64,000 nucleotides of DNA, from positions 1,248,001 to 1,312,000 of the forward strand of contig CAWEJX010000020.1 of the NCBI GenBank assembly GCA_963809485.1. The letters are read 5' to 3'. Both the position numbers and the translations under genes were made by a program. The first letter of the stretch is position 1, and each line of letters begins with the position of its first letter. The notes beneath the pieces are model-generated. The model was not told the origin of the DNA, did not search any database, and worked only from the letters and a program-made list of their open reading frames with translations. This stretch comes from an uncultured Acidobacteriota bacterium (GTDB taxonomy: Bacteria > Acidobacteriota > UBA6911). Of the stretch, positions 1 to 10,199 are shown one piece after another.

Positions 1-37
1 CAGGCTGGATCCCATCGAGGCTTTGCGCTATGAGTAA
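1..37 (+). CDS. 3' end of an upstream ABC permease (partial)
   Basis: Frame reads RLDPIEALRYE*, the typical C-terminus of MacB/FtsX permeases; overlaps the start of the next gene. Confidence 0.75.
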   Translation, partial: RLDPIEALRYE

Positions 38-1280
38 GGATCGAGGGAAAGCCCTTATCGGGGAAAATCTCAGCATCGCGCTTGACATACTTTTAACCCA
101 CAAGATGCGGAGCGGACTGATCATCCTCGGCGTAGCCATCGGAATTGCCGCCCTGATGGGGATGGTATCCATTCTGCTGGGACTCGGGGAAAGCATCACC
201 CGGCGCGTGAGGGCTGCGGAGGCGACGGTGCTCATGGTGAACAAGTTTGACTTTATGGTGGGCGGATTCGATGAAGCGATGCTTCACCGTAAAGACATAA
301 CGGATGATGATGCCAAGGCTATCCGAGCGGAGTGCCCGTCCCTGCATCACGTGGGTTATGTAATCAGGCAGCTGGGAGCGTTTTATACGCTTCGCGCCGG
401 GAATGAGAAAAGCCGGATGATTGTGGTGATGGGTGTTGAGCCGGCTCTCATGTACGTCTTTAACGTCGAACTGGAGTTGGGGCGGGTGTTCACCGATGAA
501 GAAGTATTTCATCGATCCAAAGTTGTTGTGCTCGGACACAGCCCCCGGATGGATTTGTTCCCCAACACCGATCCAATCGGCAAGACGGTGAAGGTCGGCA
601 GCGACGAATACAGAGTTGTTGGAGCGTTTGCAGGCCAAAAGAGCCTGTTTGGGAGCCTGGGCGACAACTTCGCCCTGATCCCTTACACTACTTACAAAAC
701 AGCGCTTTGGAGGGAATTCGACATGCGCAGCGTCTATGCCGTGGTTCGGGATGGAGTCAGCGTAGAAGCCGCCAAAGATGAAGTTATCCGTGTGATGCGG
801 GCAAGGCGCCGGTTAAGGGCAAGCCAGGAGAATGATTTCTCCGTGACATCCTTCGACGCGGCGCTGGAGCTATTGGGAAAAATCACCGCTCCCATTGCCG
901 CAGTCCTGGCCGCGATATCGTCCATTGGCCTGCTTGTGGGCGGGATCGGGGTCATGAACATGATGCTGGTCTCAGTAACCGAGCGTACGGACGAAATCGG
1001 CCTGCGCAAAGCTGTCGGCGCGACGCGCCAGGACATCCTCTGGCAATTCCTGCTGGAGGCAGCGATCCTGACGGGGCTGGGGGGAATCCTGGGTATTTGC
1101 ATGGGACTGAGCGCCGCCATGGGCGTGTCGGCCTTGACAGGCTTGCCAAGCAGCATATCAACCTTTTATATCATCCTCGCTGTTTTGCTGTCCGTCGGGA
1201 TCGGCCTTTTCTTTGGCCTTTACCCCGCCAACCGCGCCGCCAGACTGAGCCCGGTCCAAGCAATGAGCTACCCCAAGTAG
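30..1280 (+). CDS. ABC transporter permease, MacB/FtsX family
   Basis: N-terminal TM, large periplasmic domain, GGIGVMNMMLVSVTERTDEIGLRKAVGA signature, C-terminal TMs. Confidence 0.93.
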   Translation: MSKDRGKALIGENLSIALDILLTHKMRSGLIILGVAIGIAALMGMVSILLGLGESITRRVRAAEATVLMVNKFDFMVGGFDEAMLHRKDITDDDAKAIRAECPSLHHVGYVIRQLGAFYTLRAGNEKSRMIVVMGVEPALMYVFNVELELGRVFTDEEVFHRSKVVVLGHSPRMDLFPNTDPIGKTVKVGSDEYRVVGAFAGQKSLFGSLGDNFALIPYTTYKTALWREFDMRSVYAVVRDGVSVEAAKDEVIRVMRARRRLRASQENDFSVTSFDAALELLGKITAPIAAVLAAISSIGLLVGGIGVMNMMLVSVTERTDEIGLRKAVGATRQDILWQFLLEAAILTGLGGILGICMGLSAAMGVSALTGLPSSISTFYIILAVLLSVGIGLFFGLYPANRAARLSPVQAMSYPK

Positions 1281-1566
1281 CGACAATGCTGGAATTGAAC
1301 AGCGTCCTCATGTGATTTTTCTTTTGGCACCGGCCGTCGCCTCATATAATGGGCCAAACGAATCACCCGGCATAACTGAGCAGCATGCTGGCCCTTGTGA
1401 GGGGGGGGGGACGCTTTGTCTATGCCCATCACTGTGGCTTTGGAGCAAATCGAGAAAGCCATCGGCAAAATAAACCGAATCAAAAACGCCGATTCCACCC
1501 AATCACCGTACGGAATCGTGGCCGGGCCTGGTGAATTGATAGCGCCTGACACTGGAGGACGGACAG

Positions 1567-1971
1567 ATGAAAATTAACTGGGGACGCGTTGTGAACGCAG
1601 GTCTGGTGGCTGAAATACTCCTTCTCTTGATCTATCAGATTGTTGTTTTGCGGTATGGACGTGGAACGGCTTCCACCGTTACTGTTGTAGTGGGCTGCTT
1701 TATATTTTTGTTGGTGGGCGCGCTGTGGGTGGGGCGTAAAATTGAGTCTCGTTTCATCCTGCACGGTTTTCTTGTGGGCGTGGTTGCTGTTGCCTATTAC
1801 GTGGTAAGGAGTTTGCCCGACGTCCTGAGTGGCCAATACTCGTCGAATTATTGGCTTATGGCTCTGTACGGGCATACGCCAAAACTACTTGGAGGACTGG
1901 CGGGGGGATACCTTGCCGGAAGGCGGAAAGCCAAAGCCGGTCAGCGTTCATCGGCGTCTTTATCAGCGTAG
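1567..1971 (+). CDS. Small 4-TM membrane protein (TIGR04086-like)
   Basis: GGAGG RBS upstream; four hydrophobic segments; ends GGLAGGYLAGRRK. Confidence 0.7.
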   Translation: MKINWGRVVNAGLVAEILLLLIYQIVVLRYGRGTASTVTVVVGCFIFLLVGALWVGRKIESRFILHGFLVGVVAVAYYVVRSLPDVLSGQYSSNYWLMALYGHTPKLLGGLAGGYLAGRRKAKAGQRSSASLSA

Positions 1972-2073
1972 GTCGGCGTTCATTGCTTTTAAAGCTGTCC
2001 AACTCTGTAAGCCCCCCAGCAAAACCAGCCGGCAGAGCCATTGTCATTTGCTATGAAGACGCGCCGCACAAAG

Positions 2074-3198
2074 TCAGGGGGACAGGTCGCGGCCGGCTGC
2101 GATGAAAGCTTCCATGTTCTCCGGTTTAGTATTAATGGGCGCATCGCAGCCGGGGCAGAGGATCAGGCCTCTGCCGTTGAAAAGACTCGCCAGATCGCGC
2201 ACATAGTTGCGGATGTCGTCCGGAGTGCCGGTGGCGAACATCGAAGCCGGCACATCGCCCATCATCGCCATGTGATCGCCGGCCAATTCCCGGAACGTTT
2301 TCATATTGGTCATGCCGTCCGGGTTCAGGATGCACTTTTTCGCGGGCAATTCCCGCAGGCGAACGAGATCCCGGGTCCAGTCCTGGTCCAGATGGAGGAC
2401 GGGAGTGAGGCCGGCATCTACCACCGCATCCACAATCCTGATGAAATAAGGCCAGACAAACCGGTTCCATAATTTCGGAGCGACCAGTGCACTGGCGGAG
2501 CGCCAGCCGCCCACCCAGATCCCCATCGTGCCGCCGAGGCGGGCTCCATTCAGGTTTTGTGCGATGATATCGGGGAGTGCAACGTCCATCGCTGCCTGAA
2601 CCTTGTCCGGTATGCGATACAGGTCCGCGTAGAATTTGGGCATGGACCGCCCGCCGCAAAAGTACTCAAATGGCGTGGTAACTCCATTGGAAACGATCGA
2701 CACATAGCCGTGTTTACGATATTGGGCGATGGCGCGAGCCATATTATTGACAAACCAGTGCTGGGCTCCGTTCAAATCAGCCATATCCGCGACTTTGGGC
2801 AGATAGCCCTGCAAAAAAGGCCGCCAGCCCTGATTGATGATGATGTCGTAGTCCTCCGGAGTCATCACTTCGGCCTCGCGCACCTGATAGAGGCTGTCGG
2901 GCGGCAGATCGCGCCCCGGCACCGCGACGCGCGAAAGCCATAGGGCCGGCAGCAAGGAAGTAAGGCTCCCGGCAGTTGCCATGTTAACGCCGTCAAGCCC
3001 TCCAAGCCGATCCATCGCGTCGAGCGTGACATTCAGCGAAGCCTCCGGATCCGCGCAAAATTCAGCCATGGACATGCCCATGTAGCGGGGCGCGAACGTT
3101 GAAGCCATGAACATGACCGGAACGCGGTCCACCGGCTCCAGGTTTATCACCTTTTTAATGAGGGCGAGTCTTTCCTGATACAGCATTTCGTTATTCAT
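2074..3198 (-). CDS. Uroporphyrinogen decarboxylase-family (MtaA/CmuA-like) methyltransferase
   Basis: PVDRVPV, HLDQDW, MMGDVP and LILCPGCD motifs; ATG overlaps the stop of the corrinoid gene (ATGA). Confidence 0.85.
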   Translation of the reverse strand: MNNEMLYQERLALIKKVINLEPVDRVPVMFMASTFAPRYMGMSMAEFCADPEASLNVTLDAMDRLGGLDGVNMATAGSLTSLLPALWLSRVAVPGRDLPPDSLYQVREAEVMTPEDYDIIINQGWRPFLQGYLPKVADMADLNGAQHWFVNNMARAIAQYRKHGYVSIVSNGVTTPFEYFCGGRSMPKFYADLYRIPDKVQAAMDVALPDIIAQNLNGARLGGTMGIWVGGWRSASALVAPKLWNRFVWPYFIRIVDAVVDAGLTPVLHLDQDWTRDLVRLRELPAKKCILNPDGMTNMKTFRELAGDHMAMMGDVPASMFATGTPDDIRNYVRDLASLFNGRGLILCPGCDAPINTKPENMEAFIAAGRDLSP

Positions 3199-3827
3199 CT
3201 CGCCTCCTCGAACCATTGATTGCACAGTGATACGGCGGACTGCGCGTCCGCACCCCATGCATCCGCTCCCGTATATCCCTGCACCTTCTCCGATATCGAC
3301 CCGCCTCCTATCATGACCCTGACTTTGGGGCGCAGCCCGGCCGCATCCAATGCGGCCACGGTCTCTTTCATCGAATCGAATGCCACGGTAAGCAGACCCG
3401 ACAATCCCACAACCGTTGCGCCCGACTCCTTGACCGCTTCCACAATCCTTTGCGCGGGCACGTCCACGCCCAGGTCAAGCACGTCATAGTTCGCTGCTTT
3501 GAGCAGATTCACCACGATGTCCTTGCCGATGTTATGAATATCGTCTTTGACCGTCGCAATGACGACCTTGCCGCCCGTGCCCACAGTTGCTGTTTCAAGA
3601 ATCGAGCTGAGCAGGGCACTTGCTTGCTTGAAGATTTCGCCCGACATCATCAGGTCCGAAACCCAATACTCGCCAGCCTCAAAGCGTTTTCCGACCAAAA
3701 CCATGCCTTCGCGACAGCTGGTCAGGATATCCATGGGATTTTCGCCTGCGTCGATCTTTTCCTTCACCAGCTTCAAAACTGTGGCTTCCTCCAGGTCTGC
3801 CATGGCGGATGCAAGTGGATCGTTCAT
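3195..3827 (-). CDS. Cobalamin-binding corrinoid protein
   Basis: B12 cap domain, DDIHNIGK (DxHxxG), GLSGLLT and MIGG motifs. Confidence 0.93.
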   Translation of the reverse strand: MNDPLASAMADLEEATVLKLVKEKIDAGENPMDILTSCREGMVLVGKRFEAGEYWVSDLMMSGEIFKQASALLSSILETATVGTGGKVVIATVKDDIHNIGKDIVVNLLKAANYDVLDLGVDVPAQRIVEAVKESGATVVGLSGLLTVAFDSMKETVAALDAAGLRPKVRVMIGGGSISEKVQGYTGADAWGADAQSAVSLCNQWFEEAR

Positions 3828-4286
3828 TTCATTGCCCCTCCTCTACCGTAATCGCGGAGTCATTCGCTCCTAGCCGTGCCCTCGAACTTCGGAGATGTTT
3901 GTATCCTTTATACAACAAAGCCGGCCATGTCCGGGCGCAAATTCAACGTGGACAAGATACGCCAGGAGGACCTGGCCCACACCGGCAGCGCACCGGAGAC
4001 CGAGGAATAGCTGACAGGTACTTCAACCCAATTTGGATAGAGAGTAATTGGAAAGGCGGAGGAATTGGAAATCTGGTTCGAGCTATCAATCATCCTATCA
4101 ATATCTATCGTGGTCCGTCCCCATCGCTACCCCCATTGCTATCGAAGAGAATTTCAGGAGATCCGTAATTGCCTGATATAATCAGGGATAAAGCGGGCCC
4201 GATCCGGCAGGTCCGCTTTTGGCTATTCAAGCGGTTTCCGGCAAAGCCGGATTGCCAGACTTCGGCGCAAAAGATCAAGGATCAGG

Positions 4287-6050
4287 ATGGCAACGATGGA
4301 TAGGACTTTCAGTGACCTAATTATCAGATATCTGGAACAGTTCGGCGTGGAATATGTCTTCAGTGTGCCGGGCAGCCCTTTGGGTCCGATATACGATGCC
4401 CTTGCGCGCAGCGAAAGAAGGAACGGCCCCCGGAGCGTACTCGCCCGGCATGAAGGAGGCGCGGCGTTTATGGCTGACGGCTATGCGCGGGAAACTGGCA
4501 GGATCGGCGTCTGCTGTGCGACCACCGGCCCCGGGGCAACCAACCTGATCACGGGCGTTGCCTGTGCCTATGCCGACCATGTTCCCATGCTCGTGATCAC
4601 GCCCCAAACTCCGTTGCCGACTTTCGGACTGGGCCCCTTCCAGGAATCGTCCGCGGATGCCGTCGATATCATGGGGATGTTGGAACACTGCACCCGCTAT
4701 AACTCCCTGGTGAGCCATCCGGACCAGCTGGAAAGGAAGCTTGCCGTCGCCTTGACTGTCGCCCTGCAAACGCCAAAAGGTCCCGCACACCTGAGCGTGC
4801 CCATCGACATACTGGGCGCTCCTGCAGCAACCGGCGGAGAAATCGCCTATGCCAATCTATGCAAAATGGCCACCGAACCTGTTTCAGTGGTTGACAGTGC
4901 TGCCGTGGAAAAGCTTTGCGATGATCTCTGCATGACCCTGTGCCGGGGCCGGAGGGTGGTGCTGCTAATCGGCTACGATTGCGCCGGTGCAACAGATGAG
5001 ATCATACGATTTGCCGAGCTTCTTAATGCTCCGATAGTAACAACTCAGCGCGGCAAGTCCCGGATCAATCCGTATCATCCCCTGGCACGAGGTGTATTCG
5101 GCTTTGCGGGGCATAAAACGGCCCGCGAGGCGCTGGTCGATGAATCCGTCGGGCTCGTACTAGCGGCAGGCACAGACCTGGGAGAATGGTCAACCAGCAG
5201 ATGGGATCCTGCCCTGATGAATGACAAACTTGTTCATATCCACAACGCAATGGACTTTTTTGCCAGGTCGCCTATGGCGCGCCTGCACGTTTACGGGACT
5301 ATCAGCACAATATTCAGGCATCTGGCTGAAAAGATTGAGTCAATTCTGCGGGAAGGCAAACTGGCGACTGGCATAGTGAAAGAACCCGAAGTGATCTCGA
5401 GACAATATCCGGAGGCTCAGGATCGATCCCAATATTTGCCCCGATGCATTGAAGTCCTGGCGCCGGACAGCTGCAAGCCGGAAAACTCCTCGGCTGCAAT
5501 GAAACCACAGTTCGTGATCCGCGAGCTTGTGCAACGCTTCCCTCCTGAAACACGTTTTCTTATAGACAACAGCAACAGCGTACCGTGGTCCATCCACTAC
5601 TTCTTCAGCCGCCATCCCCAAAACTATCATCTGTCGACCGGATTCGCTTCGATGGGCTGGGCGATTGGCGCGGCAGTCGGAATGGCGCTGGGCGCAAAAA
5701 GCGCTCCCGTTATGTGCCTTACCGGTGACGGTTGTTTCCTGATGAACGGGCTGGAGATTTCTGTGGCGGTGGAACAACGCCTGCCGGTGATTTTTGTGGT
5801 TTTGATTGACAGGGCTTATGGAATGATCCAACACTCGCTTCGATTGAAAAGCGACGAACGTGTGGACCTCCCGATACCGCCCGTTGATTTCTGCGGCATA
5901 GCAAAGGCGGCAGGGGCTCATGCTCTGGAAATTCGTCATCCGGAGGATTTCGCTAAGCTCGACTGTCAAGCCCTGTGCAGCAGAAAAGGACCTACGCTGC
6001 TGGAAGTCTATATTGATCCTGAAGAGGTGCCGCCGTTACTCATGGCTTAA
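4287..6050 (+). CDS. Thiamine pyrophosphate-dependent enzyme (acetolactate synthase-like)
   Basis: RHEGGAAFMADGYAR, TGPGATN, GFASMGW and GDG TPP motif. Confidence 0.92.
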   Translation: MATMDRTFSDLIIRYLEQFGVEYVFSVPGSPLGPIYDALARSERRNGPRSVLARHEGGAAFMADGYARETGRIGVCCATTGPGATNLITGVACAYADHVPMLVITPQTPLPTFGLGPFQESSADAVDIMGMLEHCTRYNSLVSHPDQLERKLAVALTVALQTPKGPAHLSVPIDILGAPAATGGEIAYANLCKMATEPVSVVDSAAVEKLCDDLCMTLCRGRRVVLLIGYDCAGATDEIIRFAELLNAPIVTTQRGKSRINPYHPLARGVFGFAGHKTAREALVDESVGLVLAAGTDLGEWSTSRWDPALMNDKLVHIHNAMDFFARSPMARLHVYGTISTIFRHLAEKIESILREGKLATGIVKEPEVISRQYPEAQDRSQYLPRCIEVLAPDSCKPENSSAAMKPQFVIRELVQRFPPETRFLIDNSNSVPWSIHYFFSRHPQNYHLSTGFASMGWAIGAAVGMALGAKSAPVMCLTGDGCFLMNGLEISVAVEQRLPVIFVVLIDRAYGMIQHSLRLKSDERVDLPIPPVDFCGIAKAAGAHALEIRHPEDFAKLDCQALCSRKGPTLLEVYIDPEEVPPLLMA

Positions 6051-6114
6051 GAATGAAGAAAAACCTGAGGACAGGGACAGATACCTCAAGAGGTCAGCGC
6101 AAAGCGCTGGCACA

Positions 6115-6238
6115 CCATCGGAAGCGCCTCATCGGCTTTTGCTCGCCGACCCTCGCCGAACAAATCGGCGTTTGTCAGCGCTTTTATCAGCGTTTCAAAA
6201 TACGGAACTGTCAAACTCTTTGAGTCCTTCGGCGGAGC
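6115..6238. repeat. Partial copy of the IS200/IS605-end MITE family
   Basis: Closely matches 52755-52890 and 7930-8020 (ggaagcgcctcatc...ctgtcaaactctttgagtcc). Confidence 0.75.
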
Positions 6239-6799
6239 TGTTGCGCATCAAAAAAACATTTTCCACGCCTCCCGGCATGCGGCTCAAATCCCTATTACTG
6301 CCGCCTGTCTCGCCCCCGCCTGTTCTTAATGGCTGTTTGCCGGGCGAGTTTGATTGACAATGCCACGGAATTGGGTATAGGAATATTGCAACACGCGCAC
6401 AATAACCCGCTGAATCACTGCCGGCTAAAGATGCTTGGCTGAAGGAGGATTCTCATCGCATCCATAGGACGCGATGGTCCAGTCGGAGATGAGCCAATCC
6501 AGGGCTTTGGGGGCGCCTGCAGCATGATTTTCTCTAGCTCTCGAAGGTATTGGCAAATCCGTCTTATTGGAGTAAATGCAGTAATGGAGCTCAAACAACT
6601 GACTCTCCCAATGGAGGCTGTATGCCGCGTCGAAAAAAATCACACGAAGGAAAAAATCACCTCCCGGATCTATAGAGTTGGCCCCAAAGGAAATTGCGGG
6701 CTCTTTCAGCAAACAATCTCAGCAGGCAGTCGCTGCTTTGCAGGCGGGCGGAGGCGCCGTGCTGGGATCTTACCGGGATCCTTTGCCCGGCGGATGCAG

Positions 6800-7465
6800 C
6801 TATTCTTCGTAGTCCATGAAATCGTCACGAAATTTGGGAGAAGCGATCATGAAATGAAATCCATCCGGTCCTCCGCACCTGTCGCCGAGCTTTTTCATAA
6901 TCGCGCGGACACGCCCAGGGCTATCGTTTGGACTGGACACATAAAAAGGCTTACCGTCTTTGCCAAACACGAATTCCTGCGTACAGATATCTGAATCAAT
7001 ATCGCCCAACAACCTTTTTGCTCGATGGTAGTCCCGGTCGGGCGAAAATCCCAGATTTTCTGCATAGGCGATTGCTCCCTCGACCAGTTTTCGCAGGCAT
7101 TCAGGACGCGAGGCAATTAAATTCTCGCTCGTGCTGAATTTTGTCAGGAAGCCCCTGTAGGCAGCTGCCTCGATTACTCCGCCGAAAGCACTTTTGACTC
7201 CCATGCACCCCGTGTCGACGAGGAACACGGCGACGGCGACAGACTCGCCGGACCTTCGGGATAGTATTACGGTGCCCTGGTTGATGTTCTGAACGGATTC
7301 AGAAATGAGGGCTTCGTGAATGGGCCAAGCCGCAGCTGAAGGGGGAAATCCTGAGGTTATACCGGCTCTCTGCGCTCCTAAAGCACGGATGGCTTTAGCT
7401 TTTGAACTCGCTTTGGCAGCCTTCCTGGCAAGCTGCTTCTGCCTCCTACGCGGATTGATCGTCAT
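6800..7465 (-). CDS. Conserved hypothetical protein
   Basis: AGGAGGAG RBS; basic N-terminus; FLVDTGCMGVK and FGKDGKPFYVSSPND blocks. Confidence 0.75.
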   Translation of the reverse strand: MTINPRRRQKQLARKAAKASSKAKAIRALGAQRAGITSGFPPSAAAWPIHEALISESVQNINQGTVILSRRSGESVAVAVFLVDTGCMGVKSAFGGVIEAAAYRGFLTKFSTSENLIASRPECLRKLVEGAIAYAENLGFSPDRDYHRAKRLLGDIDSDICTQEFVFGKDGKPFYVSSPNDSPGRVRAIMKKLGDRCGGPDGFHFMIASPKFRDDFMDYEE

Positions 7466-7803
7466 ATCTCCTCCTGGGAATGCGAGACTCACTTTTTTCC
7501 TTTGATAATCATGTCCGTCCGCCTGGCACAGCGCCAGGTCACTCCCCATGCCTTTGGGATCGCCTCGGGTTTCAGCCGGGAGCCATGGTATTTGGAACAG
7601 CGCACCGCGCAGCGAAACCTGAGATTCAACCGTCGCTATACGATGGAAAGCCGAACTCCCCTAAATCCAGGCCTTAAAAGGCCCGGTTCCATTCAGCTGA
7701 CCGCTCCGCGGCATGGCTCCAATTTCCGGCTTCCATGTAATATCATATATCCTATCGACTGTTAATAAATCAGGTGTCCTCGCAAAAACCGCGACAGAAA
7801 CTA

Positions 7804-8037
7804 GTCAGGTACCTCCGGCAAAGCGGGAGGCTTGAAAGATTTGAACCGCTCAAAGCGGTTGGCGGAGTTATGCCGGTCTTGAACGCTGACTTACGCGGAC
7901 AAAAGCCGATGAGGCGCTTCCGATCCCCGCCGAACAAATCGGCGTTTGTCAGCGCTTTTATCAGCGTTTCTCAGCGTTTCAAAATACGGAGCTGTCAAAC
8001 CCTTTGAGTCTCCCGGCAGAGCCGGCGGTTTACCAAT
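7804..8037 (-). mobile_element. Non-autonomous IS200/IS605-like MITE
   Basis: Hairpin ends cctccggcaaagcgggagg...aaccgctcaaagcggtt and ctgtcaaac...cccggcagagccgg; near copy at 52516-52903; no transposase inside. Confidence 0.7.
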
Positions 8038-8583
8038 GTAATTAGCACTTTTATCAGGCGATAGGAATCGATAACCAAATAAACGCAAATCCAACCTGGC
8101 CCTATTCATGAGCCCTAAAATGGGTTCCAAGCCGGCAACACCTCAATGCAGCGATCCCTGCAAATCGGCCTCAAGACCGGCACGCCGGTTTGCGTGATCA
8201 AGAGAGGCTAAATTGTGGACATTACCAAGGACCATCGCCGCAAGACCATATTGAAACAAAATATACCTGAATTTCCTGATACTGAAGACTAAAAAGCGGA
8301 TCTCTCTTTTTCCGGGGCTAAACCGGATTGATGCCTGTTTATGTTCACGTCGGAATTGTGATATATAAGCAGGTGAGGAACCCTCATGCGGAACTAACAG
8401 CAAACATCCAGACAACGTTATTGAGCGGCCAACAGTTTATGTTTCGGTCGGTACTGCGGGCAAGCGTTGTCTTGTTGCGTTGTGCGCATGAGGATTTTTC
8501 GCCTTCTCAATCCGGATTCCCTGCCAACTCAACAGACATACAATGTGCCGCGCTCTTCCGACCGCAAATTTGGGGAGGGTGGC

Positions 8584-10098
8584 GTGACATCCCGGTTTAT
8601 TCTTTTTGACAATGTGTCCTACCGTTATGAGTCTATGCCCGAGGTGTTGCTGCATGGCCTCAGCGCCAGTTTCCCGGAAGGATGGACGGGCATTGTTGGA
8701 GCCAACGGCGCAGGAAAGACCACGGTATTGAAACTAGCCTGCGGTCTGCTAAAGCCGGGAACCGGGCGGATACAATTGCCCGGAAGTGCGTTTTATTGTG
8801 CCCAGCGTACCGATGATGTTCCTGAGTTGCTTGTGTCGCTGATTGAGGCCTCGGATGGTCTGGCCTGCGAGATAAAGGGACGATTGAGCATTCAAAGTGA
8901 CTGGGGCCGGCGCTGGGATTCCCTCAGTCATGGTGAACGGAAGCGGGCACAGATAGCCGTTGCCCTCTGGCAGCAACCGGCGGTGCTGGCGCTGGACGAA
9001 CCCACCAATCACATCGATGCCGATGCGCAGGCAATGCTTACCTCGGCCTTGCAAGACTATCCTGGGATCGGTCTATTGGTAAGTCACGACCGTGACCTGC
9101 TTGACTCACTGTGCCGTCGCTGCCTCTTCCTTAGTCGGCCCGAGGCGGTTTTGCGTCAGGGCAATTACTCGTCCGGACGCCGTGAATCGATCCGGGAGGA
9201 GGAGTATGCGCGGAACCTGAAGGAACACGCGAAGCAAGAAGTTGCGCGCCTGAAAACAGAGGTTGACAGGCGTGATTCCAAAGCGCGGAACGCTGACCGC
9301 CAGCGCTCCAAAAGGGACCTGGATTTGAGAGATCATGACGGGCGCAGACGCATTGACTTCGCGCGATGGAGCGGAGTGGACGCACATGCCGGCAAGCTTG
9401 CACGGCAAATGCGGTCCCGGCTGGATCGGGCTTGCCGGGCCGCAGAGGGAATCCATGTCCGGAAGCAATACGAACTTGGAATCTGGATTGAAGGCGAATG
9501 CTGCATGCGCGACACGCTATTCAGATTGGGCGCGGGCACACTTATGCTTGGAGGGGATTATGAACTCCGCCACCCCGACCTGACCATGCAACCCGCGGAC
9601 CGGATAGCCCTAACGGGCGCCAATGGAACGGGAAAGACTGCCCTCGTGCGCCACATCCTGAACACAATCGATTTGCCGTCTGAGCGGCTGACCTACCTGC
9701 CGCAGGAAATCGATGTGCAGTCCTCCATAAAAGTTTTGGCGGACGTCCGGCGCCAGCCTCCTGAAATGCTTGGGAAGATAATGACTGTGGTCAGCCGGTT
9801 AGGTTCGCGCCCGGCAGCTTTATTGGGGAGTGTCGAACCCAGTCCTGGCGAACTGCGAAAGCTATTGTTGGCCATTGGCATCGCTTTGCAGCCCTATCTG
9901 ATTATCATGGATGAACCGACGAATCATCTGGACCTGCCATCAATTGAATGCCTGGAGGAGGCGCTGGCCGACTGCCCCTGCGGCCTATTGCTGGTCAGCC
10001 ATGACAAACAATTTTTGCAGCGCCTTACTCAAATACGCTGGCATATCACCCGAACAGCGACTGGCGGGAATAATCGGATGCTGCTGGACATTCTTTAG
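8584..10098 (+). CDS. ABC-F family ATP-binding protein
   Basis: Two NBDs (GANGAGKT/LDEPTNH and GANGTGKT/MDEPTNH), no TM, long linker; GTG start after GGGGAGGG. Confidence 0.88.
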   Translation: MTSRFILFDNVSYRYESMPEVLLHGLSASFPEGWTGIVGANGAGKTTVLKLACGLLKPGTGRIQLPGSAFYCAQRTDDVPELLVSLIEASDGLACEIKGRLSIQSDWGRRWDSLSHGERKRAQIAVALWQQPAVLALDEPTNHIDADAQAMLTSALQDYPGIGLLVSHDRDLLDSLCRRCLFLSRPEAVLRQGNYSSGRRESIREEEYARNLKEHAKQEVARLKTEVDRRDSKARNADRQRSKRDLDLRDHDGRRRIDFARWSGVDAHAGKLARQMRSRLDRACRAAEGIHVRKQYELGIWIEGECCMRDTLFRLGAGTLMLGGDYELRHPDLTMQPADRIALTGANGTGKTALVRHILNTIDLPSERLTYLPQEIDVQSSIKVLADVRRQPPEMLGKIMTVVSRLGSRPAALLGSVEPSPGELRKLLLAIGIALQPYLIIMDEPTNHLDLPSIECLEEALADCPCGLLLVSHDKQFLQRLTQIRWHITRTATGGNNRMLLDIL

Positions 10099-10199
10099 GT
10101 GAAGTCTTTGCACCTATCTACGGTTTCATACCCCTGGCACCCGTTGCAGGATCGGTATAAAGATTAAAAATTGAAAGGGTCACCCCGCACTGAGGATTC

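Noticed and set aside
3830-4286. Cobalamin or TPP riboswitch in the divergent intergenic region
   Set aside because: Hairpins are present, but I could not see the conserved cores of either family.
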